Virus record (IMG/VR): IMGVR_UViG_3300037991_003250
Direction: 5' to 3' (one strand)
Length of the DNA stretch: 64,000 bases
Origin: an uncultured virus (IMG/VR IMGVR_UViG_3300037991_003250)
Lineage: Duplodnaviria > Heunggongvirae > Uroviricota > Caudoviricetes
The notes below the pieces were generated by a model. The model ran no database searches and had not been told where the DNA came from. It was given only the letters and a program-made list of their open reading frames with translations. A program made the translations under genes and the position numbers. The first letter of the stretch is position 1. The number at the start of each line of letters is the position of its first letter. Positions 1 through 8,876 of the stretch are shown here, piece by piece.

Positions 1-429
1 CAGGGATTAGGGCCGAGCGAAACGCTCGCACCTTCTCCTTCTATTACCCATTCGTCTTACGCTGGCCCGTTGTCTAAATTGATATGCGGGCGCGAAGGGC
101 ATTTAGTGGGCCATCCCGAAGGAACATTACCTTCAAGAAAGGCCACAGATATTTTCACTAATGCTTGGCCCGCTTTTGAAGGGAGAAGACGCTCTAAAAA
201 TGGTATTCATGCAGGGGTTTACCACGCTTCCGCACCGAGAGGGGCTAAGACGGGCATACAGGGCTTGAACGATTGGATAGATGAAGAAAACGGTATTGTT
301 ATCGGAAAATATTGGCTTCGATCTTTGATTCCTTATGAATTAGGGTTTGATATGATAAATGCCGCAGAAGCAATTTTCAGCGAGGATTATGAATGGAATA
401 CCGACACCACCAATATGGGGTGGTTGTGA
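1..429 (+). CDS. Hypothetical protein, 5'-truncated by window edge
   Basis: Frame +1 is open from base 1 to TGA at 427-429, which overlaps the next ATG (TGATG). Confidence 0.55.
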   Translation, partial: QGLGPSETLAPSPSITHSSYAGPLSKLICGREGHLVGHPEGTLPSRKATDIFTNAWPAFEGRRRSKNGIHAGVYHASAPRGAKTGIQGLNDWIDEENGIVIGKYWLRSLIPYELGFDMINAAEAIFSEDYEWNTDTTNMGWL

Positions 430-767
430 TGCGTAAGTATAGCCCACCGCCGGATTTCAAAAGATACAACCATTGTGAGTGTGATGAAGGCACATTGTAT
501 GTATCGCATCAATACTTTTTACCGTTATATGTTTGTTCGACCTGCGGCTTTGCCGGACATGAACCTAATGTAAGAACCATAGATGGGGATATAGAAGACT
601 ATCCCGAAAGAGAAGCACACCTATTGCTCATCGAGCGTATGTATGAATGGATAGGTGTTGCCGCACCGAGAGCGCAAAAGGTATCGGGTCAAGCGAAAGA
701 ATACTTACAGGTATTGAAGGATTCAGCATTGGTGCTTCGGAATTGGAGATCGGAAAAGGGAGAATAA
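429..767 (+). CDS. Hypothetical Zn-ribbon protein
   Basis: CEC...CSTC motif; start coupled to upstream stop; ends just before the conserved promoter. Confidence 0.6.
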   Translation: MRKYSPPPDFKRYNHCECDEGTLYVSHQYFLPLYVCSTCGFAGHEPNVRTIDGDIEDYPEREAHLLLIERMYEWIGVAAPRAQKVSGQAKEYLQVLKDSALVLRNWRSEKGE

Positions 768-793
768 ACATCACCGCAAAAAGAGTTATAAAC
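766..793 (+). promoter_or_regulatory. Conserved viral early-type archaeal promoter
   Basis: AAACATCACCGCAAAAAGAGTTATAAAC; same motif recurs 8 times on the + strand. Confidence 0.8.
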
Positions 794-813
794 TACAAGA
801 TGCAGGAAAATTT

Positions 814-912
814 GTGAGGGAGTATGGCGTGGCTATCGAAAGCAAGGTGTTAGCCCAAAACCTATACCATGTTCGCTTCGGCGTATAAAAGAAGGATAAG
901 CCAGCCCCTCAC
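814..912 (+). ncRNA. Putative structured RNA / 5' leader, copy 1
   Basis: Starts 28 nt after the TATA; closed by GTGAGGGG/CCCCTCAC; nested stems shared with the copy at 2532. Confidence 0.65.
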
Positions 913-933
913 ACAAAAGAAGGAAATGAGAAT

Positions 934-1188
934 ATGATAGATGAAGAAGAAATAATTTACAAACAAAACGAGAACGAACACGCCATCCAGCGTTTTTCAA
1001 TGATGCTTGATGTGATAGAGAATGGAGATTGTGTCGAAGATTTTAGCGACTCAAAAATCATAACTAAAATACACACATTAACCATTTTGCTAAGGCAATA
1101 CATAAACGATCAAAATGATGAGATAGAACACCGAGCCATGTTTGAAAAGATGGTGGAAGAAAAGAAGAAACAATGGAGAGAGGCATGA
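934..1188 (+). CDS. Hypothetical protein
   Basis: 84-aa ORF downstream of the structured leader. Confidence 0.6.
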   Translation: MIDEEEIIYKQNENEHAIQRFSMMLDVIENGDCVEDFSDSKIITKIHTLTILLRQYINDQNDEIEHRAMFEKMVEEKKKQWREA

Positions 1189-1258
1189 ATGAGCCGTTGT
1201 CCGGTTGAACACGCAATCAGAAAGAAATGGGAACAAGACATGAAGGAGATGGAAAAAA

Positions 1259-1627
1259 ATGAGCATAACTAATTTTACAAGAGAAACAGGCTTTTGGGTC
1301 TGTGAAGATAAGACAGATGAAGAAACGATGGAAAGCCTATACCAATTTCTATTCAACACGAAATGGGGTTTGGTGGATAACATATACTTCGACCAATTGA
1401 AAACCTTTGAATCCTTTGAAGATTTCATAAAAAATAATACCCTCTTTTCTTTTAGATTGAAGGTGTGGGGCTTACAAGACCACATCACGATTAGGGTTAG
1501 AACAGAACACCAATCAATGATGCAACAAGCCTTCATGCACAATATCGCTCTCTCATGGTGGAAAGCGAATATGGATTCATTCATCAACCCATACCACTTA
1601 GATTTCAGCAAAGGTGAGGAAGAATGA
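1259..1627 (+). CDS. Hypothetical protein
   Basis: 122-aa ORF; ATGA overlap with next gene. Confidence 0.65.
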   Translation: MSITNFTRETGFWVCEDKTDEETMESLYQFLFNTKWGLVDNIYFDQLKTFESFEDFIKNNTLFSFRLKVWGLQDHITIRVRTEHQSMMQQAFMHNIALSWWKANMDSFINPYHLDFSKGEEE

Positions 1628-1845
1628 ATACACCGAAACCTCGATCTGTCGCCACACAAATTACACCGGACACAATTATAACCGGCGTTTTTTGTAATAG
1701 ATGCGGTAATGAATTACCACCGCATACTGCCGCAGAACACCTTGATAAAGATCATCCGGTGCATGAATGCCCGCACACAGATTCAATGTCCGACTACACG
1801 GTAGCGCACGACTATTTATTAGAAGACGAAGGAGAGGATGAATAA
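1624..1845 (+). CDS. Small Cys/His metal-binding protein
   Basis: CNRC...H...HEC; SD-like GGTGAGG upstream. Confidence 0.6.
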   Translation: MNTPKPRSVATQITPDTIITGVFCNRCGNELPPHTAAEHLDKDHPVHECPHTDSMSDYTVAHDYLLEDEGEDE

Positions 1846-1939
1846 TGCCGACCCGAAGACAGAAGGCCGCTCGCCGTTGGTTATACAGACAGAAATTCAA
1901 GGCACGAATAGCACATGAGATGATGGGGGAAGAAGAATA

Positions 1940-2095
1940 ATGGCTAAAAATTTTGAACCTAATTGCGAAGTCTATTTCAAACCTAATTACAAAGAATTAG
2001 CACGATTGGTTAAGGGTGTAAATCCAAAAAAAGTTACGGTTAAAATAATCATGGATGATGGAACAGAATACATAGGCAGGGTGGAACAACAATGA
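1940..2095 (+). CDS. Small hypothetical protein (51 aa, below ORF-track cutoff)
   Basis: MAKNFEPNCEVYFKPNYKELARLVKG...; ATGA-coupled to 2092. Confidence 0.5.
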   Translation: MAKNFEPNCEVYFKPNYKELARLVKGVNPKKVTVKIIMDDGTEYIGRVEQQ

Positions 2096-2397
2096 GCATA
2101 ATTGATAGATTCAAAGAAGGCAAATTAACATTGACCGATGCTATGTATGATGTATTCCTGCCTATCGTTAGCCACGAAAATAAGAATGTTGTTTTATTCC
2201 AGCATTTACACATGACCGAAGAATTGGTATTCCGAGCATTGAATGGATTACCATTGAAGGATTACGAAAGATTCGATAAACTCCGAAAGATGAACACAGG
2301 ATGGATTCTCGCCAACGGCGGGCAGGTCATGATCGTCAAGAGCGGAGAAGATACACAATTCATTTCCACCTTTAAATCAACAGGTGGATTAGTCTAA
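2092..2397 (+). CDS. Hypothetical protein
   Basis: 101-aa ORF in operon. Confidence 0.6.
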   Translation: MSIIDRFKEGKLTLTDAMYDVFLPIVSHENKNVVLFQHLHMTEELVFRALNGLPLKDYERFDKLRKMNTGWILANGGQVMIVKSGEDTQFISTFKSTGGLV

Positions 2398-2482
2398 CCC
2401 TTTGGGGTGAAGTCGCTATAAAAAACGAAGGGTATGTTCTTCTTTCTTCTTGTGTTATTGCCTCAACACAAGCGGCTCGCCC

Positions 2483-2509
2483 AAACATCACCGCTAAAAG
2501 ACTTAAGTA
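2483..2509 (+). promoter_or_regulatory. Conserved viral early-type promoter
   Basis: AAACATCACCGCTAAAAGACTTAAGTA. Confidence 0.8.
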
Positions 2510-2531
2510 GTATTACTATGTGATTTAATTT

Positions 2532-2626
2532 GTAGGAGGAATGGCGAGGCTACATCATAAGGCGTAGTCCAAACCAATAATACAATGCTCAATTTATTGA
2601 GAGCCATTGGATAAGCCACCCACTAC
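2532..2626 (+). ncRNA. Putative structured RNA / 5' leader, copy 2
   Basis: Shares TGGCGWGGCTA, TAGYCCAAA, ATACMATG and GGATAAGCCA with 814-912, with compensatory stem changes. Confidence 0.65.
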
Positions 2627-2642
2627 ACTAAAACATAAGGAG

Positions 2643-2924
2643 ATGAAGAAAATGGTTAGATCGAAGAAGAAATTACGCCGAGAAATAGGTTTGATTCTTG
2701 CAGAAGCAGAATCGCCCCTATATTCCGGCCAAATAGCAGACAGAATAGCAAACAGGGGTGTCGCATCGAGGACTGTTAATTTCAGTATTAACATAATTGC
2801 TGGCGCACTACGAGGCGCACATGGCGTTGAGGTTGTATATCCTCAAGGCGCGAGAATGAGAGGCGCGGCTATTCAATACAAAATGACGGACAAGAATGCG
2901 TTTGACGAGTGGGTGAATAAATGA
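2643..2924 (+). CDS. Winged-helix DNA-binding protein
   Basis: ILAEAESPLYSGQIADRI...IIAGALR pattern; SD AAGGAG before ATG 2643. Confidence 0.55.
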   Translation: MKKMVRSKKKLRREIGLILAEAESPLYSGQIADRIANRGVASRTVNFSINIIAGALRGAHGVEVVYPQGARMRGAAIQYKMTDKNAFDEWVNK

Positions 2925-3520
2925 ATATATTTGTGTTAGATGAAGACCCGATAAAGGCGGCTAAGATGTATTGTGATCGCCATATCCCGAAAATGTGTGT
3001 CGAATTACTACAACAAATTGGAAGCGCGGCAATCAAGCATGGCGCACAACCCGAACAATTGCCTCTCGCAAAGGCTACCCAAAAGCCGATACGAGGGGGC
3101 TACCACAACCACCCTTGCACAATTTGGGTGTCTATGTCGAGAGATAACTACCTATGGGCGGCACATCACGGTGCGGCTCTATGCGAGGAATACACAAAGC
3201 GATTCGGCAAAGAACATTACTGTGCTAACGGTATCGAGATTCTGTATGGTTTATCGTATCTCATACCCGAAGGCGACCTAACACCGTTTGCTCTCGCTAT
3301 GCCCGATGATTACAGACCACACTTGAACGAACATATAGGTGCGCCATTTGATATAGTGCCTAACGATGACTTTACTTTCATTAGCCACGCAAGCGGTGAT
3401 GATGCGGTTCAAGCATACCGCCGCTACTACCACGCTAAGGCATTCGCTAAGTGGGAGAAGGGGCGACCTATGCCCGATTGGTTCGATGTGGTAAAACAGG
3501 CGGTGTTGGCTGATGCGTAG
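2921..3520 (+). CDS. Pyrimidine-dimer DNA glycosylase / endonuclease V-like protein
   Basis: MNIFVLDEDP..AA..CDRH..KM..E, HNHPCTIW, EY..RFGK.H and AYR.YY motifs of the phage DenV-like family. Confidence 0.8.
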   Translation: MNIFVLDEDPIKAAKMYCDRHIPKMCVELLQQIGSAAIKHGAQPEQLPLAKATQKPIRGGYHNHPCTIWVSMSRDNYLWAAHHGAALCEEYTKRFGKEHYCANGIEILYGLSYLIPEGDLTPFALAMPDDYRPHLNEHIGAPFDIVPNDDFTFISHASGDDAVQAYRRYYHAKAFAKWEKGRPMPDWFDVVKQAVLADA

Positions 3521-3776
3521 TGAAGATGTATGGTATGGTTCAGACCCTTGCATTGACGCAGACTCTTTGCCTTCGTGGGTGTATGACTACGACAGATGTT
3601 CTGTGTGTGATAAGGCGCATCCAGATCAGGGTTATGACTTTGCTGAGTATGATATTGAGGTATGCGATTGTGTCGAATGCGAATCCTGCGGTGAATGGAA
3701 ATCCTTTGAAGACTTTTGTAATGTAGCCGAAATATGCGATTCATGTTATGATAAAGATCACCGCAAAAATACTTAA
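3513..3776 (+). CDS. Cys-rich acidic protein
   Basis: Multiple CxxC motifs. Confidence 0.55.
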   Translation: MRSEDVWYGSDPCIDADSLPSWVYDYDRCSVCDKAHPDQGYDFAEYDIEVCDCVECESCGEWKSFEDFCNVAEICDSCYDKDHRKNT

Positions 3777-3779
3777 ATA
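3753..3779 (+). promoter_or_regulatory. Conserved viral early-type promoter
   Basis: AAAGATCACCGCAAAAATACTTAAATA; ATG 28 nt downstream at 3801. Confidence 0.8.
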
Positions 3780-3800
3780 GAATTAATGAGAGGGAAAAAT

Positions 3801-4025
3801 ATGGGAAGTAGTTGGAATAGCAGACAACCTGCGAGAGATAAAGACGCATTGAAAAGAATTAGCAAGCGATATGATAGGTGGAAATCACGCTTTAGTGATT
3901 CAGTATCTTATCGCTTAGGCACGACTCACAAATGGAATGAGGCGAAAGTCAAGAAGTGGTTTGAATCGTTGCCTCGCACTATCGCCGCCCGCGAGAAGGC
4001 ATTTGTAAAGGAGATGAAGGAATGA
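3801..4025 (+). CDS. Basic hypothetical protein (leaderless start)
   Basis: Start chosen by the fixed 28-nt TATA-to-ATG spacing. Confidence 0.6.
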   Translation: MGSSWNSRQPARDKDALKRISKRYDRWKSRFSDSVSYRLGTTHKWNEAKVKKWFESLPRTIAAREKAFVKEMKE

Positions 4026-4095
4026 TTCCGATTTGTCCTAAGTGCAACCAATCAATCGGTTATTGTTCGGTGTATTCTTGTAGGAAGGTGGAACA

Positions 4096-4413
4096 ATGAG
4101 ATACCACACAGAACGAAGAAGAAAGGGAAAAATATCTAACGGTTGGAAATTACAAACCGTTGCTCGCTACCTGCGGGAGAATGGCGAGTCCAGCGCAATA
4201 AATATAGTCCAAAACGCAAGGAATAAGCGAGGAAGAAGCATCGATCTAACTACCAATTCATTAGCAAATAGAATGAAAAAGCACCCTTCTTTTTATGACC
4301 GTGTGCCGAAATTAGGAGATCCGCTTTACAATCGCAGAAACCCACAAAACAAGGTTTGGGGTGTCTATGATACCGAAGAAGTATTTGGAGAGAACGGTTG
4401 GGTTAAGTTATGA
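4096..4413 (+). CDS. Winged-helix protein, paralog of 7670-7999
   Basis: VARYLRENG...SLANRMKKHPSF versus AARYLVEQG...QVAARMQRCPAF. Confidence 0.6.
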   Translation: MRYHTERRRKGKISNGWKLQTVARYLRENGESSAINIVQNARNKRGRSIDLTTNSLANRMKKHPSFYDRVPKLGDPLYNRRNPQNKVWGVYDTEEVFGENGWVKL

Positions 4414-4501
4414 TTCGTGAATCATTTGAGGAATTGTTTGAGCGAGAAAAAGAAATAACCGTTGATTATATCCAAACAATCTCTTTAATAATACTCGCAA
4501 T

Positions 4502-5044
4502 ATGTTCTATTATCGTAGGATTATTCGTATGATAAAACAACGAGGGTTTTTTTTAACGCTTGAGAGTATTTGTGATGAGATTAACAAATCGCAATTAAGC
4601 ATTGATAATCATTTAGAGGCGGTTTACGATTACGAAGGCGATATGCCTATCAGAATACTTGTGCATGATAACCCACTAACACATCAGATTCAATTCTCAA
4701 TTGATTCTAAGCAAATGGTGGTATGTGGAAGGAAATACATGGCTATATGGTCTGACGACAAGCAAATGCGAATGCCCCTTCAACCCTTGAAGGCACAGGC
4801 ATACAAACCACCACATCTCTTAACCAAAGAGCAATTGAAAGGTATTATCACTAACTATTACCTTGCTTTAATTGAAGAATGGTATATTCCAACACAAGAC
4901 CAGCCGATCTTATTCAAGATGAATAGAGAGTGGGCTATCAAGTCAAGAGATAAAACACGGTCATTTTTAGAGCAAAATCAATTTGAAAATGATTTATTTC
5001 TTAACTTTGCAGAACCGCGAGAAAAAATAATTGCCTCGCAGTAA
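4502..5044 (+). CDS. Hypothetical protein
   Basis: 180-aa ORF; start uncertain. Confidence 0.55.
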   Translation: MFYYRRIIRMIKQRGFFLTLESICDEINKSQLSIDNHLEAVYDYEGDMPIRILVHDNPLTHQIQFSIDSKQMVVCGRKYMAIWSDDKQMRMPLQPLKAQAYKPPHLLTKEQLKGIITNYYLALIEEWYIPTQDQPILFKMNREWAIKSRDKTRSFLEQNQFENDLFLNFAEPREKIIASQ

Positions 5045-5165
5045 AGCGGTTTTGCTAATTCTTTTTTTACTTCAAAGGTAGTTAAGGAAACCTAACTAAT
5101 CTTACATACCTTTGAAGAAATAAAATAAATAAACAACAGGCTCGCAGTATCACGGTTATTTCTTT
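5020..5165. repeat. Palindromic AT-rich element, copy A (inverted copy at 52500-52641)
   Basis: CTTCAAAGGTA(5070-80)-N26-TACCTTTGAAG(5107-17), flanked by CGCAGTA direct repeats. Confidence 0.85.
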
Positions 5166-5220
5166 TTTGATTTTAGCGGTTTGTTGAAACAATTAAGAAG
5201 GGGAGAAAGTGGCCGGATAT

Positions 5221-5583
5221 ATGGCGAGTAAAACGAATAGACGATTTGTGGCTTCTGTTTGGAGTTATTTAGAACGAAACGGCGAGGCTACCACATCAGA
5301 AATAGCAGATTATATGATGACTAACGATAGAACGAAATTCCACGCGAGGCGTGAGAGATTAGGTGCGGTGCTTTCAAAATCTATATTGTTTGAAAAGGCG
5401 GGTGTTGTGAAAACGATAAACGCATCCGGCAATAATTCAACAAATGTCGTATGGAAATCAAGATCGTTAAAAGAAATCGTGGATAAAGCAATCAAGGGTA
5501 ATTTGAATAGTGATAAATTCCCTAAATTTTTCAAAGAAGCAATAGACAGAAGGAGAGAGATGAATGACCGTGAAAATTGTTGA
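5221..5583 (+). CDS. Winged-helix DNA-binding protein
   Basis: YLERNGEATTSEIADYM...LGAVLSKSILFEK. Confidence 0.6.
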   Translation: MASKTNRRFVASVWSYLERNGEATTSEIADYMMTNDRTKFHARRERLGAVLSKSILFEKAGVVKTINASGNNSTNVVWKSRSLKEIVDKAIKGNLNSDKFPKFFKEAIDRRREMNDRENC

Positions 5584-6349
5584 ATACAATCCTAATACTC
5601 CGTTCCCGTCTAAAATGATGGTGTTTGCGGATTCGACAGATGGCTTCGCCCCGTTCTTAGCGGGTATGTCTATGATAGGTAAAGACGAGGTATCAGAACC
5701 CGACCTTCGTATATTCTATTCCGGCACAGACGGGCAGACAGAAAATACAATCCCCGAACCTATGCCTATCGAATGGATGGGTTATTATGTTGAGAGCCGA
5801 GAAGGAGAAACCATACTTCTATTGAGGGTCGCTGGCGGTGATGTGTCGTGGGATAATGTCTTTACGAGTATTACCGCTTTCATGGATTCTAACTTGTCTT
5901 CGGATCTTGAAACGGTAGTGGTTTGTTCATCAATTATCTCAAGCACCTTTGCTAATACATTGGGTGAAGGAGAAATATGTATGTATGATTGGGTGGATGA
6001 TGAAAGAATCGGTATGTTTATGACTTCTGAGGGGTTCGCCGTTGATGGGGTGGCCGGAATACACGATGTAGGTTGGATGATACCGCACATCTTGAAGAAT
6101 ATTTACGGCTTCAATCAAGAGCAAGGAGATGAGAAGCAATTGTTTTCTATGTTGTATGCGCCTTCACAGACAAAAGATGTTGATGTGGATGCGGCTAAGA
6201 AGATGTGTGAATTTTACAATCAGTCATGGGATTTAGATACTGATATTGAGATGGTTGATGAAGTAGTCCTTGCTTTACTACAACAAATACGGCCAGCAGA
6301 ATCAGACGAATTTATGGGTAATGTCTTTGATTGGGGGGAATCGCATTGA
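5564..6349 (+). CDS. Acidic protein, possible divergent PAC2/Pba proteasome-assembly-chaperone fold
   Basis: 261 aa; C-terminal DVDAAKKMCEFYNQSWDLDTDIEMVDE resembles the PAC2-family DP.AA..l.e.l...l.id...L.e pattern. Confidence 0.4.
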   Translation: MTVKIVEYNPNTPFPSKMMVFADSTDGFAPFLAGMSMIGKDEVSEPDLRIFYSGTDGQTENTIPEPMPIEWMGYYVESREGETILLLRVAGGDVSWDNVFTSITAFMDSNLSSDLETVVVCSSIISSTFANTLGEGEICMYDWVDDERIGMFMTSEGFAVDGVAGIHDVGWMIPHILKNIYGFNQEQGDEKQLFSMLYAPSQTKDVDVDAAKKMCEFYNQSWDLDTDIEMVDEVVLALLQQIRPAESDEFMGNVFDWGESH

Positions 6350-7677
6350 ATATCTTTAACACGCTACACAAATTCGTTCAAGATAACCATTATGTTGATG
6401 TGGAAGATAAGTTAGACATATTCATTTGTTCTATTGGTTCTCACATATTCAACACGCTAAACAAATGTAGCCGATGCGACTTCGATCCCGATAGCGCATT
6501 AGTCAATGTTGAAGAAGGAGATTTCGCAATAGAGAATTGTCCGTTGCGACACGCCAATATGCCGTTTTACACACCTATGGCTCAATTGCCGGACACGCGC
6601 ATACACATACTAATTAGAGGCAACAAGGGTTCGGGTAAATCCGTTCTAATCAATCTGTTCTTAGCAGAACGCACAGGACTTCTTTATTATCAAAACTCCG
6701 ATTTAGGAGAAGGGTTTAGAACAATGCTTGCCCCTAACTCATTGACCGAAGCAGGTATGTTCGGTTCTGTTGGTGAAGAAGGAGATATTTTAGGCCGACC
6801 TTTAGCGAGGGAAATGTGCGGCGGATTCTTAGGCTTTGAAGAATTTTCTTCCATGTCTGATGCCGCCAAAAAAGACCATAGCCTTGATATGAAAAACCAA
6901 TTGCTGACTTCTCTTGATAACGGCAGGGTGCAGAAGGCCATGCGTAATGGGTGGGTGCGATACACTACACGCTACACAGTATGGGCTGGAACGCAACCCG
7001 CACGATTTGAGTTAGATTCGGGTCTTGACCGAAGATTCTTCATCATAGATATACAGATGACTCCCGAAAAAGAACGGTTGTTTAAACAGGCACAACACGC
7101 TCAAGCGAATACTTCGCCGGAAATGCGATTAGACATAGCCAATAGAACCATAGCGATTCGCACATGGTTTAGACAACGCATGGAACAGGCCGTAGCAAAT
7201 CCCCCGACAGGAATTATATTCAACGATGATGTGATGGAGTGGATTGACCGACCCGATGTGCGCTCGTTTGAGGCGGATCTATTCCGCAGGATATGTATTG
7301 GTTATGCTATGATGCAGGAAGAATATGTTGGTGGTGGCCCTCTCATCGTATCACTTGACGATGATTTGAGGCGTATTCTCAATCAGTCGCTTGAGATGAG
7401 GCGAAGGGTGATGGATGCAGACCTTGAATTGATACGCACGACTTTTTGGATGAAAGACCTTCCAAAGTCGCAGTTAGTCAAGGAAATTAGCAGAATGATT
7501 ACAAATGGCGACTATCAAATGGCTAAGGTGTGGATTGAAGAAAATCTTGAGGCTCGCTCATGGTATATGGAATACACACCAAAGAAAGCAGGGCGTGGTC
7601 GCAAAGGTATTACTTGCAGATTCGGCAATCCTGCCGAGCCTGTTAAGACTCAGAAGTGGGGTGAAAATAATGAGTAA
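6331..7677 (+). CDS. MCM-like AAA+ helicase lacking the canonical N-terminal OB domain
   Basis: Walker A GNKGSGKS, SLTEAGMFG, Walker B GFEEFSSM, sensor WAGTQP, Arg finger LDRRF; real start possibly TTG 6346. Confidence 0.75.
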   Translation: MGGIALNIFNTLHKFVQDNHYVDVEDKLDIFICSIGSHIFNTLNKCSRCDFDPDSALVNVEEGDFAIENCPLRHANMPFYTPMAQLPDTRIHILIRGNKGSGKSVLINLFLAERTGLLYYQNSDLGEGFRTMLAPNSLTEAGMFGSVGEEGDILGRPLAREMCGGFLGFEEFSSMSDAAKKDHSLDMKNQLLTSLDNGRVQKAMRNGWVRYTTRYTVWAGTQPARFELDSGLDRRFFIIDIQMTPEKERLFKQAQHAQANTSPEMRLDIANRTIAIRTWFRQRMEQAVANPPTGIIFNDDVMEWIDRPDVRSFEADLFRRICIGYAMMQEEYVGGGPLIVSLDDDLRRILNQSLEMRRRVMDADLELIRTTFWMKDLPKSQLVKEISRMITNGDYQMAKVWIEENLEARSWYMEYTPKKAGRGRKGITCRFGNPAEPVKTQKWGENNE

Positions 7678-7999
7678 TATTAAGAGAGCGAAATGGAGTA
7701 GGAGTAAAGCCCTTGAATGTGCGGCACGATACCTTGTGGAACAAGGCAGACCAATGAGTGCCGCTACTGTTTATGATAACATGAGATACAAGAATGATTT
7801 AAGGTCGGGTGAAATTGGAAAATTATACAGGGTAAATAGAAGCGCACAAAATTCTATGCAGGTTGCGGCAAGGATGCAACGATGCCCTGCTTTCAAGAAA
7901 GAAAGAATAAACCCAAGAGAACCGTATGTATTCTCCTGCGACAAGGAAACTTATGATAAGTGGTGGCCGGAAGACCCACTAAGGGGGTTGAGCCGATGA
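7670..7999 (+). CDS. Winged-helix protein
   Basis: Paralog of 4096-4413; SD GGGTGA before ATG 7670. Confidence 0.6.
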   Translation: MSNIKRAKWSRSKALECAARYLVEQGRPMSAATVYDNMRYKNDLRSGEIGKLYRVNRSAQNSMQVAARMQRCPAFKKERINPREPYVFSCDKETYDKWWPEDPLRGLSR

Positions 8000-8622
8000 G
8001 AACAAGGCGAGAAATAGAAGATCGAATGGTGCGTGAGGATGACCCATTCTCCGTTGAGGTTCTAAGGTGGGTTCTTGATGGCGGTTGTCCTATGTGTAAG
8101 CACAAGAACCGTAAGGAATACGAGATACAGATTCACACAGAAGAAGTGGGAACGCATTTCTTAGAAATCAAACATGGTTGGGCGGAAGGAACAATCGTTG
8201 AACACATGGAAAATCATATTGATTACGACCCGTCTGAGGCCGAACACATAGAGGATGCACGAAGACAATCTATCAACACATTAGATGCCGCAGAAGACAT
8301 TGTAAATAGGATTCGTGGCTATCTTGACGAGTTAGAGGAAGAAAAGGAAGCGAGCGGCGGTGGTATCACATCAGAATTTGTAGCCGATGCCGCCCGTCTG
8401 ATTGCACAGGCCAATTCAAGTCTAAAATTAGTGGGTCAATTGAAGAAAGAAATCGGCGTTGATTCTCAATTGCTTCTCGCGGAAGCACGATTGAATCAGA
8501 TGAACAGAATACTCGTTGATACTTTGATTGAGCAACCCGAATTATTAGACCGTATCGAAAATAAAATGCGGTTGTTAAATGAACCAACCGTAATAGATGC
8601 TAAATTTGAGGTTAAAGAATGA
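7996..8622 (+). CDS. Zn-HTH plus coiled-coil protein (terminase small subunit-like)
   Basis: CPMCKH..R...H...H motif followed by a long helical oligomerisation-type region. Confidence 0.4.
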   Translation: MRTRREIEDRMVREDDPFSVEVLRWVLDGGCPMCKHKNRKEYEIQIHTEEVGTHFLEIKHGWAEGTIVEHMENHIDYDPSEAEHIEDARRQSINTLDAAEDIVNRIRGYLDELEEEKEASGGGITSEFVADAARLIAQANSSLKLVGQLKKEIGVDSQLLLAEARLNQMNRILVDTLIEQPELLDRIENKMRLLNEPTVIDAKFEVKE

Positions 8623-8876
8623 AGACATGGCGCAAATCCTCAAACAAAACCCTATGGGCGAGGCCGATTTACGAACACGAATGGCCTAAGTTAATTCAAG
8701 CCATGAAGGAAGATGGGCTTCTCGCTATCATACAATCTGATGGTGTTAAGTGGTATGTCGGCGGCTACAAATTAACTGATGTGTCGGTTGCTGATGCGTG
8801 GGGCTTAAAACGAAAACAGATGAATAGGCTCAAGGATTACATCTTAGTTAATGATCCGTTTTTGAGGGATGAATAA
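8619..8876 (+). CDS. Hypothetical protein
   Basis: 85-aa ORF coupled to neighbours on both sides. Confidence 0.6.
   Translation: MKTWRKSSNKTLWARPIYEHEWPKLIQAMKEDGLLAIIQSDGVKWYVGGYKLTDVSVADAWGLKRKQMNRLKDYILVNDPFLRDE

Noticed and set aside
10..173. Hairpins near the window start (GAGCG-AAA-CGCTC; GCGGGC...GCCCGC)
   Set aside because: They lie within an uninterrupted reading frame and have no second copy; chance pairing cannot be excluded
814..912. yybP-ykoY riboswitch (GGGGAGUA start)
   Set aside because: The other conserved elements are absent and copy 2 lacks this start
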